Source: Camelus dromedarius (Eukaryota). From it: a stretch of 64,000 nt of DNA. Under the pieces are notes generated by a model. It had not been told where the DNA came from and searched no databases. It saw only the letters and a list, made by a program, of their open reading frames with translations. A program made the position numbers and the translations under genes. Below are positions 12,912-24,900 of the stretch, one piece after another (position 1 is the stretch's first letter; each line of letters starts with the position of its first letter). Location: contig NC_087437.1 in NCBI RefSeq assembly GCF_036321535.1, positions 102,240,001 through 102,304,000 on the forward strand, written 5' to 3'.

Positions 12912-14156
12912 AGTATAAAACTAATACTAATTCCTTTGAAGGTTTTCTTCATCTCTGTTAACAGTGTTTTTTATTTAGATTATTTCTACTTTATTCTTCA
13001 TACATTTCCCATATGTCTCCTGAAATTTCCTATCTGTTTGTTCATGTGGAAGATTTTCCCTTTAGATTCTATAATATGTTAATGATAGTTAAATTTCAAG
13101 TTAAGTATTTCCAAAATCTGTGCAACCTCTCAGTCTTGTTCTACTGACTGTTTTACCTCTTGACATTAGGCTCTTTTTCTCTTGCTTTTCTGTGTGTCAC
13201 ATAATTTTAGATTAAAATACCAACCTTCATAGGTAGACTAGAAGTTGAGGTAAATAGTATTTATGAGTGGAAGTGGGCACATCTCATTTTTCTACAATGC
13301 TGCTATGCGGGGGAGTGTTCCAGTCTAGGAGTCTCCCTGGTTTTCGTTTTATTGTTACCAAGGTTGTCTTTAAGGTTCCTGTGCTGTTGGCTCCCATTTT
13401 CTTTAATGGAGTCCTGAATTTAGAGTTGGGGCTGGGTTGCTTGGGATATTGTCTAATATCCTCTACCTTCAGTTTTCAAACTTTACTGTGCCTCCCCACC
13501 TCAGAAGGAGTATTTTCTGTGCTCCTTTCTTTCTTCTGTGGAGGACTTCTGTTTAGGGGTTTTCTTTTAATTAATTAATTTTTTAATCTCCTCCTTGCTA
13601 TCTCAGTAGGAGGGAGACAGGAATGCTTTCTGTTACCCTGCTTCACCTCAGTCTTAGCTCCTATATTCCTAGATGGCAGGGGTGGGTTGGTCTTGTTTAT
13701 TTGTCTTCCTCCAATCTCCATAGCAATCAACCCATCTTGAAATTTCATCAGATATTATATAGCAGAGTGATTCTTGCCCCTTTCTAAGGGATAGAGAATC
13801 TCTAAAAATCTTGGCTTGGAATGGTTAACTGCCTTTTCCCTTGGGTTATTGATTATTTTACTATTTTATTTTACTCTTTCTGCTGCTGTCCTCTAATGAG
13901 TTATTCTGTGTTGTTTTGTCGGGGAGAGGAGTCTGGGCAGAGCTTTTATGACTTTCCTATTGTGAATGCTTCCTTCTTGCACATCTGCGCTACAGAGGGA
14001 GGCTTTCTCTGATCTGTTCTTTCCCAATATTTCTCACAAACAAAGAGTAAAAGTCTGTGGAGAAGAATATGATGAGAGTATCTGTGAACTCCCATTGCGT
14101 CTGCAGATCCACAGATATTTATACTTACAGGATCACACTCTCTCATCCCTGAGGGT

Positions 14157-14191
14157 TTTGTTTGTTTGTTTGTTTGTTTGTTTGTTTGTTT
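14157..14191. repeat. (TTTG)8 microsatellite
   Basis: Read directly. Confidence 0.95.
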
Positions 14192-14539
14192 CTGAATTCT
14201 TATCTGTTTGTTTGGTTTTTGGTGTCTCTGCTGGAGGTGTGCCACATCCTCTTGCCTTGGAGGAGCCTGTCTTTAGATTCCAGGCTACCTGTTTGTCCTG
14301 TGAACTTAGCACACTGATGGGCTCATGAAAATGTATTAGTTTCTAGTTTATTTAGTTTTTTGGTCAGTGAAGAAATCATGGTCTTTGCAGATCTACTCGC
14401 ACACACACATATACACATTCATTCATTCTCTCTTTGTCTCCCCCTTTCCTTCTCTCCCTCTTTCTCTCTGTATATGTGTGGTTGTGTATAGATAGATAGA
14501 TGTACATATATTTATATTATTATATATATCCCTGGAGCA

Positions 14540-14670
14540 TCATCTTATCCCTAATTTATAGGTGAAGAAACATACACAGAGAAGGTAGGTGACTTGCTAA
14601 AGCTCACACAGTACCTGAACCAGGATTTGAACCTATTTCATTGTGACTTTAGTGCCTAATTTTTCTACAT
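14540..14670 (-). mobile_element. MIR SINE fragment
   Basis: MIR core: ttataggtgaagaaac...gtgacttgctaaagctcacacag...ccaggatttgaacc. Confidence 0.8.
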
Positions 14671-15664
14671 TGTTGCACTTTTCTTGTAAATTGTCTTCCT
14701 AATGGACTCCTATTCATCTTTCAAAATCCAGTATTAGAATGTTACTTCCCATGTGAAGTCCTCCTGTATTCTATCTACCTCACTCAGATAGGGTTGTTCA
14801 TTTTTTATTAGAATTTTATTAGATTATTATTTTATTAGAATTCTAAATAATGTTTTGTTTTAGTAAGTGGTGTTTGACTGGAAGGCCCAGGAATGACTGT
14901 GTTTTGGTCTGTTAATTATCTCTGCTCCTAAGCTACACACCCAATGAATAACAAAAATAATTTCCACTCATTATTAGCTGGGTCAGTATCTGATGCCCCA
15001 AGGCAGTCCCGCCCACAAGTCTACATCTATATATAGATATAGATAATTAAATCTAAACATGCATATAGATATAAATAATAAAATCTATCTGTCCTTCCAG
15101 AGAGAGAGCAAGAGAGAGATGCAGTGCTGTAGAGTTGGTTTTAACTATAAGATCTGTAGTATTTATTTTAAACCATTTAGTAGAATGTATGAAATATTCA
15201 AACATTTCACTTCAAAATACTCAAAAAATGTATTCAGGATCTTCTACCAAAAAAGGGACAGTTTTTAAGTGGAGCAAAGTTCTCCTAAGACGTACCCCCT
15301 ATTCCAGAAAAGTTTACAAAATAGTGGAGAAAAAGTACTCTCTGCAGGAAATTTTAATTTTTCAAAATTGTTTTATTAATTGTCTACTATATTTTGCTTA
15401 AATGTAGATAAGAACACATTTTACATTATATAAAAATTAGACAATGTTATTTATTTTTATTGAAGCATTTTCCTTGTGGTATTTCTACATAACTTTAAAA
15501 TATTAAAGATCCAAATAAGTATAGATAAATTAAACTATACTCTGAGTTTCCTTTCTGTTACAAACTTTAAACAGCAATATCAGAATAGCAGTGTTTACAT
15601 TCGTTTAGTTTAAAGATCCTATTTAGTGGCACAGAGAGTACAAATTTATATATTTTCAAGTTCC

Positions 15665-16266
15665 TGCCAATCTAAGGCTATTGGGGCTGTCATAACAAAA
15701 TACCATTGAGCTAGTAGTTTAAACAGCACAAAATTAATTTTTTCACAGTTTTGATGTCTAGAAGTCATAGGTAAGGGTGACATCTTGGTCAAAAATTTTT
15801 TTTTTTAATTTTACAAGAAGGTAATTAGGTTTCTGTACCCTCCCCCCCAACCTATTTTTTTAATATTTTTATTTTTTGTGGGGGGAGGTAATTAGGTTTA
15901 CTTATTTATTTATTTATTTTTAGAGGACACACTTGGGATTGAACCCAGGACCTTGTGTATGCTAAGCATGAGTTCTACCACTTGAGCTATACCCTTCCCC
16001 CAACATCTTGGTCAGTTTCTGATGAGAGCACTCTTTCTGGCCTAGAGGAGGTAAGTCACCTCACTATGTCCTCCCATGATGGAGAGAAAAAGCAAATTTG
16101 TTCTTGTCTCATCTTATAAGATCCTATCATGGGCTCACTCTCCCCTCCTGAGCTCAACCAATCCTAACTACATCCCAAAGGCCCCATGTCTAAATACCAT
16201 CATACTGGGGTTAGGGCTTCAGCATGTGAATTGGGGGGGGGGGGCACAAACATCTCATCCATAATA
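15665..16266 (-). mobile_element. MLT1 (MaLR) LTR interrupted by a SINE
   Basis: ggctgtcataacaaaatacca...; ccaaaggccccatgtctaaataccatcatactggggttagggcttcagcatgtgaattgggg. Confidence 0.85.
15792..16002 (-). mobile_element. tRNA-derived SINE, camelid vic-1-like
   Basis: Minus strand reads ggggaagggtaTAGCTCAAGTGGtag (A box)...GGTTCAATCCC (B box)...(aaat)n aaacctaattacc; 12-bp TSD acatcttggtca (15780-15791 and 16003-16014). Confidence 0.9.
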
Positions 16267-18439
16267 CTGCCTAATAATTTAAACAGAACTATTTAGGATT
16301 TAGAGAGAATAGTGTCACCTTTAAAGTGATATTCAGTTTTAGTATTACTAATTAGTCCTTAATACACACAAGACATTATAAGCATGAGTCATGGAGTGGT
16401 CTTGTCTGTAGTTCACCAGGAAGGCTGCAGTTACCCATAGTCACAGCCATCCTGGGAAATCCAGTTTATCGCAGTGCCATTCTGTCCAGTGTTTACACAT
16501 AAGACGCTCAGAGAACTACCAACTAAACGGAATAACCTCCAAACAGAGGTGTCTCTTCTCTTTGTTTTGTTATTATTATACTTTTAATTTGTTTTCTTTC
16601 ACTTTTTTATGTAAAGCATCTTATTATTTCTAGGAAGAAGGACCATATTGACTAGTAATATTAGCTAAATATTTTAGTATGCCATAAAACCATTGAGTTT
16701 TATTGGCCAGATAACACTTTGAGAAGTATTTTTTCCCTTTCAGCTATGGTGTTAATTATGAAAAAAATTAAAACACTAATAAGCTGTAGCTATCAGTTAT
16801 TCCTGCCTTTAGCAAATCCATTTTTTAATAAATCTTTAATATTATCAAAGATTATTAAAGGAAAAAGTTAAAACTTGAGTTAGAGAAAAAAAACTTTAAA
16901 ATGAATAATAAAATTAAAAGGAAAGACTGAAAAGCTCAAGCTTGCCTACTCCCTTAAATTATATGAACTTTTCTTATTTAAACTTCTTATTTCCTTTGAA
17001 GTCATGATATGGGAGATTGAAAAGGAGTAATAAATGTTTTCTGACCAAAGACTTGGCAAAGTTCAAGTATACAATACAAACTAATAACTGTAGAAAATTC
17101 AAGAAAGAGAGATAATTTACTAGGAATAATGAGTCTTGTATCTCATGTATAGGAAGTTTTAAGGAAATTATAAATATTGAGCTTTTAAAATTTTGAATTA
17201 TGTGCATTACTTAAATAAAATACTTAATGGAATTAATATTTAATTTAAATAAATGTGTTCTCAGTTATTTTGCTTTGGAGAATGGCACCTGGTACATTTT
17301 TAGTTTGATTTAAGTATTGGTATTGTATGTGTATAACCTTCTATATAACATTTTAATCTCTGAAGAATAGTTTCAAGTGTTTTTAAAAGACACACAATCT
17401 TTTATGTAATTTGAGAAACATTTTTCTTGCATATGCCAAATTTTATTAAAGCCAGGGATATCTTTTTTCCCCTAAATTACTGGAAATTATTTCAGTATAA
17501 ACTCTGTTGGATTTTTGTTTTTTGACTAAATAATAGGAAATAGTTTTTTTTGTTGTTGTTTGTTCTTGGATGAAAGGAAAAGGTTTAACATAAGACTCTA
17601 TTGGATAAACCTGTCCCTGTCTGAATCTCAGTTGTGGACCGGGATCAGTATTTCAACAATAGTACACTTTAGCCAAATGCAAATTAAGGAATATAGCTAG
17701 ATAGTTGTCTTAACATATTGAAACATGCTGAAGAGTCAATAAACATTTATTTATAATATTTCACAACAGGGAGGCAGTCTTTATAGAATACACAGAGAAC
17801 CTTTGACAGTTATATTCTGTAAAACCAAATAGCAAAATTAAAATTTGCTGTTGGCCTAGTGAAAAGAAAAGAATCGGTGTTAGTGGAAAATTTATTATAT
17901 ATATATATATATATTATATGTTACAAATTATGTAATGGAACTAAAAGGCAAAGGGGACAGGAAGAGGGAATTCAACAACTATAAGGGAAGTATTAAAAGC
18001 CAATTCTTTCTCTCTCCGTCCACACACACACACACATCTTTATCACTATCTCCCCTTATTGGGACTGTTTTTGTGTGTGTGTATTCTATAGATAAACTTT
18101 CATCTCCTTTTCCATGTACTTGTTCAGTTGACAACTCATATGTTCAAAATCTCCTGTTAAAGGAACCACCCAGAACAAGACTAGCATCTGACATTGTAAA
18201 TTCTGAACTCGCACCAGAGAGGATCTAATTGTACCTGGCTCATGCGGTCAACACCGACTCTGTCTTTTGTAAACATGAGCACAGCTTCGTAACTTATAAA
18301 TACAGCTGCCAGGGACTCAGTCTTGTGAGTTAGAGATTGATGATATTTTTTTTTAAAAAAGATGTATCATGACCTATAAAAATACTCCAAGAATCTTTTT
18401 CACAGTTAGGAAGGATCTCAGATAAACCCTAAACTTTGT

Positions 18440-18773
18440 CCCATGGCCCTTCCCCCATCCAATTAAATTGAAATGGGCTAAAATCAAGCAGGGCTCTTGG
18501 GGAGAATCTGTTTCCTATCATTTTACAGCTTCTAGGCTCTGTGTGCTCTTTGGCTCATCGAAAGTCTTTCCAGACTTTCCTGACTTCCTCTTTCACTCTT
18601 ATGGACTCCTGTGATTCTATTGGTCCCACCTGGATAATCCCAGCTAATCCCCCTTTTTCAGGGTCAACTGATTATCAACCTTAATTCACCCTTGCCATAT
18701 AACATAAGATATACACAGGTTTCAGCAATAAGGATGTAACCATCCTTAGGGAGCCATTATTCTGCCCACCACA
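18440..18773 (-). mobile_element. MLT1 (MLT1D/E-like) LTR fragment
   Basis: ggggagaatctgtttcc...attggtcccacctggataatcc...gagccattattctgcccaccaca. Confidence 0.8.
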
Positions 18774-20689
18774 GGTAAGTACGAGAGTTTGAAAGTATTT
18801 TAAAAGTTAGAATTTACAAGCTTTGTGCTCAGGTCAAGACAGGGGACAAAAATACTTATGAATAAGTAAATTACTCTGTTAGGCAAAATAACTGATTGGC
18901 TTTTCTTCGCAAGATAATAGATTTATGACAGGCACATTCCTACCCATTAATAAGAAATTAACCATCTGCAACAGAGTCCTTTCAAACTCTTATATGTCAT
19001 TTGTAATCATGTGTAATAATTAGGATATTGGAACATACTAAAAGACAGATTGAATGGATAATTAGATGAATTAGATGTCTATAACAGAAGCAAGGTTAAA
19101 CATTACTTTAAATTTTTAAATGATTAAGGACAAACGTGTATCTGAAAAATGTGAAAATAAATTTTCAAGTAAATTTTTTATCTAGAAAAGTGACTATCTT
19201 ATTAAATATCTCACTCTGAATTTTCAATAACAAGCGTGCTTTTTTGTTTCTGAAAAATGTAAAAGCTATTTAATTTTGCCATCTGTTCTTAGAACGATTA
19301 AGTATAAATTAATTGTGGGCAATAGTTTTTAGAATGCATTGAATGCCAAGATATTCTAAATGTTGCACAGAGAGAATTATTTTCCAAAATAACACAGCAA
19401 ACTATTTTAAAAAGTGAAGTAATAATACAGACCTTACTACTTTAATATAATTCTCATTTTTTTCTTTCTTCCAATAATTTTGAGGAATTTGTGTCCAGAA
19501 TTTTACCTAAATCCCTGATACTGTTAATATATTCTTGTTCAAGTAGAGGCCCACTTATATAACTCTTACCTAATCCCAAATTTGTCACCTTTTAGGAATA
19601 CTTATTAACATTGAAATGGTAAACCCTAAGTCTTCTAAAACTGGGCAAAAAAGAGAAAAATAATGTTGCAGTATTAAAATAGAAAACAAAAGTCATGAAT
19701 GCAACTTGAAAGTTTGCATGTGGGTGTTTTTAAAGAGATGTCAATAGCTGAAGGAAACAACTCCTGCAGGTTTTTCAAATGAAGAAAGAAACCAAAAGTG
19801 AACAACGACAAAACAGCCAATTAAAATTTTAAGTAATTTATCACATGCTAAGAATTATTCTAAGTGATTTAACAGAACAAATGAGGTTCTAGTTCCAATA
19901 AATATAAATTCCAGTGTGTGGAAATAGGCCACAAAATTTAAAAATATGATATTAGTAAGCAATATGTAAAGAATTTTAATGTGATATCTTTTAGTAGGTC
20001 AGAGAGTTCACTTTAGATTCGATGGTTTAGGAAATCGGGATCTTTCCTCAGATATATTATGATCAATGTGTGAATACTAGTGAGAAATCGAAAATCAGAT
20101 TGAAAGATTTCTATTCAATGCAAATATTTATTGGCCCTGTTGGGCATCATTGAAGAATAATTAATTAGGCTTTTAATAGGGTTCTCCTAATGGTCTTTTC
20201 TATGAGTGAAGCCAAGTTCTTAAGTCCTTTATGATCCTCTTATGTTGTTTGAACAGTATGAGCCTGACTTTAAGTGTTCTGGAACTGGGCCAGAAAAGGA
20301 GGCTATGGATTTCAGGTTTCACTGTTCAGACTTTCATATGCTACCCTTGTTTTCAGTACAACCATGTGAACCACCCAGCCTCTCCTTGACTATTATTTCT
20401 GAGACCAGAGCCCCTGGAATTCAGTTTCTAAGAATAAATGAACTGTTGCCCTGTGAGAGGTTTATGGAAGCAAGGTGCCACACTGCAAGGTTTGGAATGG
20501 TGTCTTGAGCAACATGAAGAACCAGCTGTCACTACCTATTATTGACCTTCTCCCCCTGTGTTAAGTGCCCCACTTTCTGCAGCATCACATGTATGTCCTT
20601 GTAGGGAACATGCTCATTTCTTGGTTCTTTCACGCTTCTAATACTCTCCCCAATGTCCTCATCTCTTTTAGTAAATAATTATCACAACT

Positions 20690-21210
20690 CCCAGTGGAAA
20701 ATTTTAAAGTGTAGAACAAGAACTGCCTAAATTTGCCCGTATCAAATCTCCAAGTTTGCTCACATCTGCACTTGTTCTTTATTTTTCACTCTATTGTAAT
20801 GAAAACATTGTCCCTTCTCCGACCCAAGGCCAATTCTTGCACTGGGTCCCCTTCTACCTTCTTAGCACCTTGATGTTACTTCCTATTGTCTCTTCTTTAT
20901 TTTCAAATTTTCCAACCTACTTTCTGTTTCACATCATCAAAACTCAGTCTCAGCATATTTTAAAATTAAAAATGTCTTGTGATCCCACAGCTGCATCTTG
21001 GTATCATCTCAACTGTCTTTAATAAAACAGAAAAAAAATCTGAAGTGTAATCTATATTTAGTCTTTGATTTTTTACCTCTCAAACTGACATTAACCACAG
21101 AACTTCTCAACATGCATGTAGTCTTCACCAGTCTTCATCAGAGTCTTCCTGCAGTAGATATCTTTGGATTACTTTCCTTTTTCATCTTGAGAAACTTAAT
21201 TCAATTGAAT
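20690..21210 (+). mobile_element. L2-like fragments
   Basis: Pyrimidine-rich decayed text (aaggccaattcttgcactgggtcccc) resembling L2. Confidence 0.45.
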
Positions 21211-21219
21211 ATATATCCT

Positions 21220-21936
21220 TGTCAGGAGTTCAGCTGAACTGGGGAGGGCTGAGGTGCCAGATGCTAGAGTAGCTCATTAAGACAATAAGCCAAAAATCAA
21301 AAAACAGTCAAGCCTCTCATCACTTACTATATAATAGATTAAGCAAGAATCTCAATATCATTCTCCTCCCTGTTTCATTTTTAACCCCAAGGAAAGGCAT
21401 GTTGAGGGTCAGGTGGATCATCACAGACTTAGGTGCCATCTCATTGCCAAAGAAGCCCCAAACAAGGGCTCCTGCAATTTCATGAACCCAGGGATGCGGG
21501 AAGGCAATGGGGAAGGGCTAGGAGTAGAGCAGTACTAAATGCTGAGTCGGAGTCAGGGAAGAGTGTTTGTAGGGTCCTCCACTCCCTCTGATAAACAGAT
21601 GTCAACAGAGGCACCTGAGGAAGGCCTCCACTGAAGGCCTCCATTTGGAAGACTTCTAATGAAAGCACCTGAGTTGGGAATGTAACAGTGCATAAAAACA
21701 TAGCTGAACAAGGGGGTCGAGTCTTTGACTGCAACTCCCTTCAGAGGCTGCAGTACCTTGGCTGGACACCAAGTCTGGTGTGCAGAGGGTAGCTTTCCCT
21801 CTGAGGCCTCCCAGGTGAGCCTTTGTAATTGTCTCTGGCCAGGTCTGAAAAAAATCACATACAGTTTTTTAACCAGGAGCTGGACTCCTCAGTACTTATT
21901 CATGAAACATTAACTCCCCGTGTTTTCATTCTAACA
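21220..21936. mobile_element. Unclassified LTR-like segment
   Basis: GC-richer block bounded by tgtca...taaca; no matching TSD seen. Confidence 0.35.
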
Positions 21937-24900
21937 GAATACTCTTGAGAGATTGTGTTATATATTCTGATAGTTCAAAGCAAGAACTGTGATATGTAAC
22001 CTCTTGGGCTCCAAGACCAGCTCCACCTTTTATTAGATTTTGACTCTGGTTTCCTCATCTGTAACTTAGGGGAAAATAGTGGAGCTTAATTTAACTTACA
22101 TTTAATTTAATGTAAAGCCTTTTAAATGTATCACTTAGCTGCTTGTTACGTTCATCTTAATACTTTATTCACATTTTCAAACTCCTAAGGAATGGTTAAG
22201 GGCCTTTTCACGCATTCTTTACTTAGTTTTTAAAATATTTGCTATGTTAATTTAACGAATAACTTAACTGACATTATAAAATTTGTTGAAAAATTAATTG
22301 AAGTCTACAGTTATATTATTTATTCAATATCTCATCATGAATTCTAATAATTTTAATTTTGAAATTTAGTTGAAGGATAATTTTCACGCCCATGAGTTTG
22401 TAAGAGAGAGAGTTGAGAGATATGGGTGAATAATGAAAGGTGAGTTGGTAAATAGGATACTCTTGTTTAAACGTTAAATTAGGTTTTAATTAGTTTCTCT
22501 CCATGAAGATTGCTGAGACATCTCCTTTAATGCTAATACTGTGGAACTGGAGAAACATTAAGAAGCAAATGATATCTTAAACTGTTTCCCCACTTAGTTC
22601 TCTGTCCTTCTCTCTGTATTTGTTAGTCCCTCATTTCTGAAACAGGAAGGAGAACAAAAATGATGGTGAAAGACAGCTGAGCAACATGTATGGAGTGAGT
22701 GTGGATTCTTTGGTTTGGTTTATATACTTATATGTTGCAACATTAACTTCTTACATTTCAGTAGATCTTAACTTTAAAAGAATTTTTACATAAAATATCT
22801 CATTTGATTTCCACATCCGTGCTTCCTCTCATCCGTGACTCTACAAACTTCTTAGGACAAGTAAAGTCATTTGTGCAATATTGTTGGAAGGCATGGGAGG
22901 AAGGGAGACATTCTTGACGCCTTTTAAATAGTTAGTAGTGTATTCTTACCAAAGGATTTTCATACTAATTTTATCATCTGGTCATGTAGAAAACTTTGTA
23001 AATTATATAGATGTATAAAAATTATTATAAAGAATTTTTGTGACTAAACATGATGGCAGCCTGGTTACTAAAAGTATTGTACTAAGAACTCTTGTTGAGT
23101 TAAATCTGTGAATGGGGCTCTAGTTTGCAGGACTATACATGGTTCTTTCAAATAATAACCTCAAAAAGAGGTTGTTCTTTACCAAATTTGTTCTACATAA
23201 GAATCAGGATACTGGAGAGAGGATAAATTCTTAACAGCTTATCAGTACTTAAGAGGTTAAAAGTATTTGGAAAAAATGATGTGAGTTAATGTGACTTAAA
23301 AAAAAAAAAAACCTCTTGTTTTGAAAACTAGTTCGATTATTTTTCATCTATATTATACCCTGATTACGAAAATTCACATTGGCAGCTGAAAGTAAAGAGA
23401 ACAGGGGGTTTATTTGGAGAAAATATTATTCTTGCAATATGTTTGAACAAAATCTTTTGGAATAAAGAAACATACAAAAGTAAGTCTGGATTATAGAAAA
23501 TATATTGCTTTAAAATGGAATTTCAGATTTTTATTTGTTCTTTCCTTTTGAAGAAAGTTTCTTTTGTTAATGTAAAATATGGATTTTTTAAAATAATTTA
23601 ATTTGACAACTTTGTCAACTTGTCATTAAAAGCAGATGTTCTTTTCAAGTGGGCATTTTCAGTAGATATTTTAATATAATTACAGGCATACATACAGGCA
23701 GGAACACACAAATCAAAATCTACAATCTTTTGACACGTTATGACAGTTTCCATTCTGCAATGATTAATAAAAATAAATTTTGACTGAACAGATTTCCTAG
23801 GCACAAAACCTTTACTGGCTTTCATTTGAGTTCTATACACATGAAATGTGCATAGTAATGAAAATAAAATATTTTATTTGCATGACAACTTTGAGTTTAA
23901 AGGATATCAAATGCTTTCATAAACATAATTTCATTTGTCCTAATTCAAAGAGCAAATATTATCACAAAGGGTAAGCTGAGGGAGGATGACGCAAGCTGCT
24001 ATCAAGGTCATTTCAATATTAATTTCATTGATTTCTGAATATTCTTGTTTAATTTGTGTCAGTAATCACTCTAGTGAAAACAGAATTATAGTATGTTCTA
24101 GAATCTAATTACATTGTCACAATAAAATTGGATAAAATTTTGTAAAACATATTGGATTTGCATTGCTGAATGCTATTGGAGATGAAGTTACTGAAGAAAA
24201 GTATAAGGTATTTAAGTACAATATTTTGGTGAAACATTGCATGACATGTTTCAAAATTATAATAAAAAGTAAAATTTTTCTGTGTTTAGTTGTGTAGTCT
24301 AAGAAAATTTAATTGTTAGATTAATGTTGGCAAATGAGTGTGATTAAGAACGTCTCAGATTTACTTTGTATGGCATTTATATACTTAAAGGAAAAAATAG
24401 TGAAATAGTAGTCTGTTACTTTCCTTTTAAACTCTAAAAACCACCAGGGAAGTAAGGTTGAAAACCCAAAATGTTAAAGCAGGTTGATAATAGGTTACTA
24501 GGCATCAAGTGTTGCATTGTTCTTTATTACATTTATTTGGCTACGCCATCAATCAAAGACACATAGAGGGTTGTGATGATGTCACTTTCAATAGCATGCT
24601 TGACAGGAACAATTTTTATACATTGACATGACATCCAATTTAAGTACTGTCTGATTTTCTAGGCTGTCACTAGAAGAATTTCACATTTCATGTATTACAG
24701 CATTTACGACAGTAAATGTTCTAGTTAAAAGTTACCCTAAGTATACTGTTTTTGCTTAATCTTGTAAATAGCCGTGTTTTGTCACCTGTGTTTCTGTGCG
24801 CGTGTGGTTTGGTAAGGCTACATATGAAACAGTGGTCACCACGCAAAAGGCAAGAGGGATACTAACAATCAAAATGAAGGCTCAGTAATAGAGTTCTTGT

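Larger units (their letters stand above)
10060..14380 (-). mobile_element. Old L1, 5' portion (ORF2 endonuclease region, ORF1, 5' UTR), decayed
   Basis: ORF 10729-10920(-) reads DIYRT...YGIFTNINQILGHKT, an L1 endonuclease motif; T-rich antisense L1 text throughout; interrupted by (GT)n and MLT1. Confidence 0.8.

Noticed and set aside
13946..14328. Overlapping ORFs with QTNK/VCLF repeats
   Set aside because: Produced by the (TTTG)n microsatellite.
15920..16002. tRNA-like A and B boxes
   Set aside because: SINE head with tail and TSD, not a tRNA gene.
23400..23490. Donor-like aa|gtaagt
   Set aside because: No pyrimidine-rich acceptor at exon distance.
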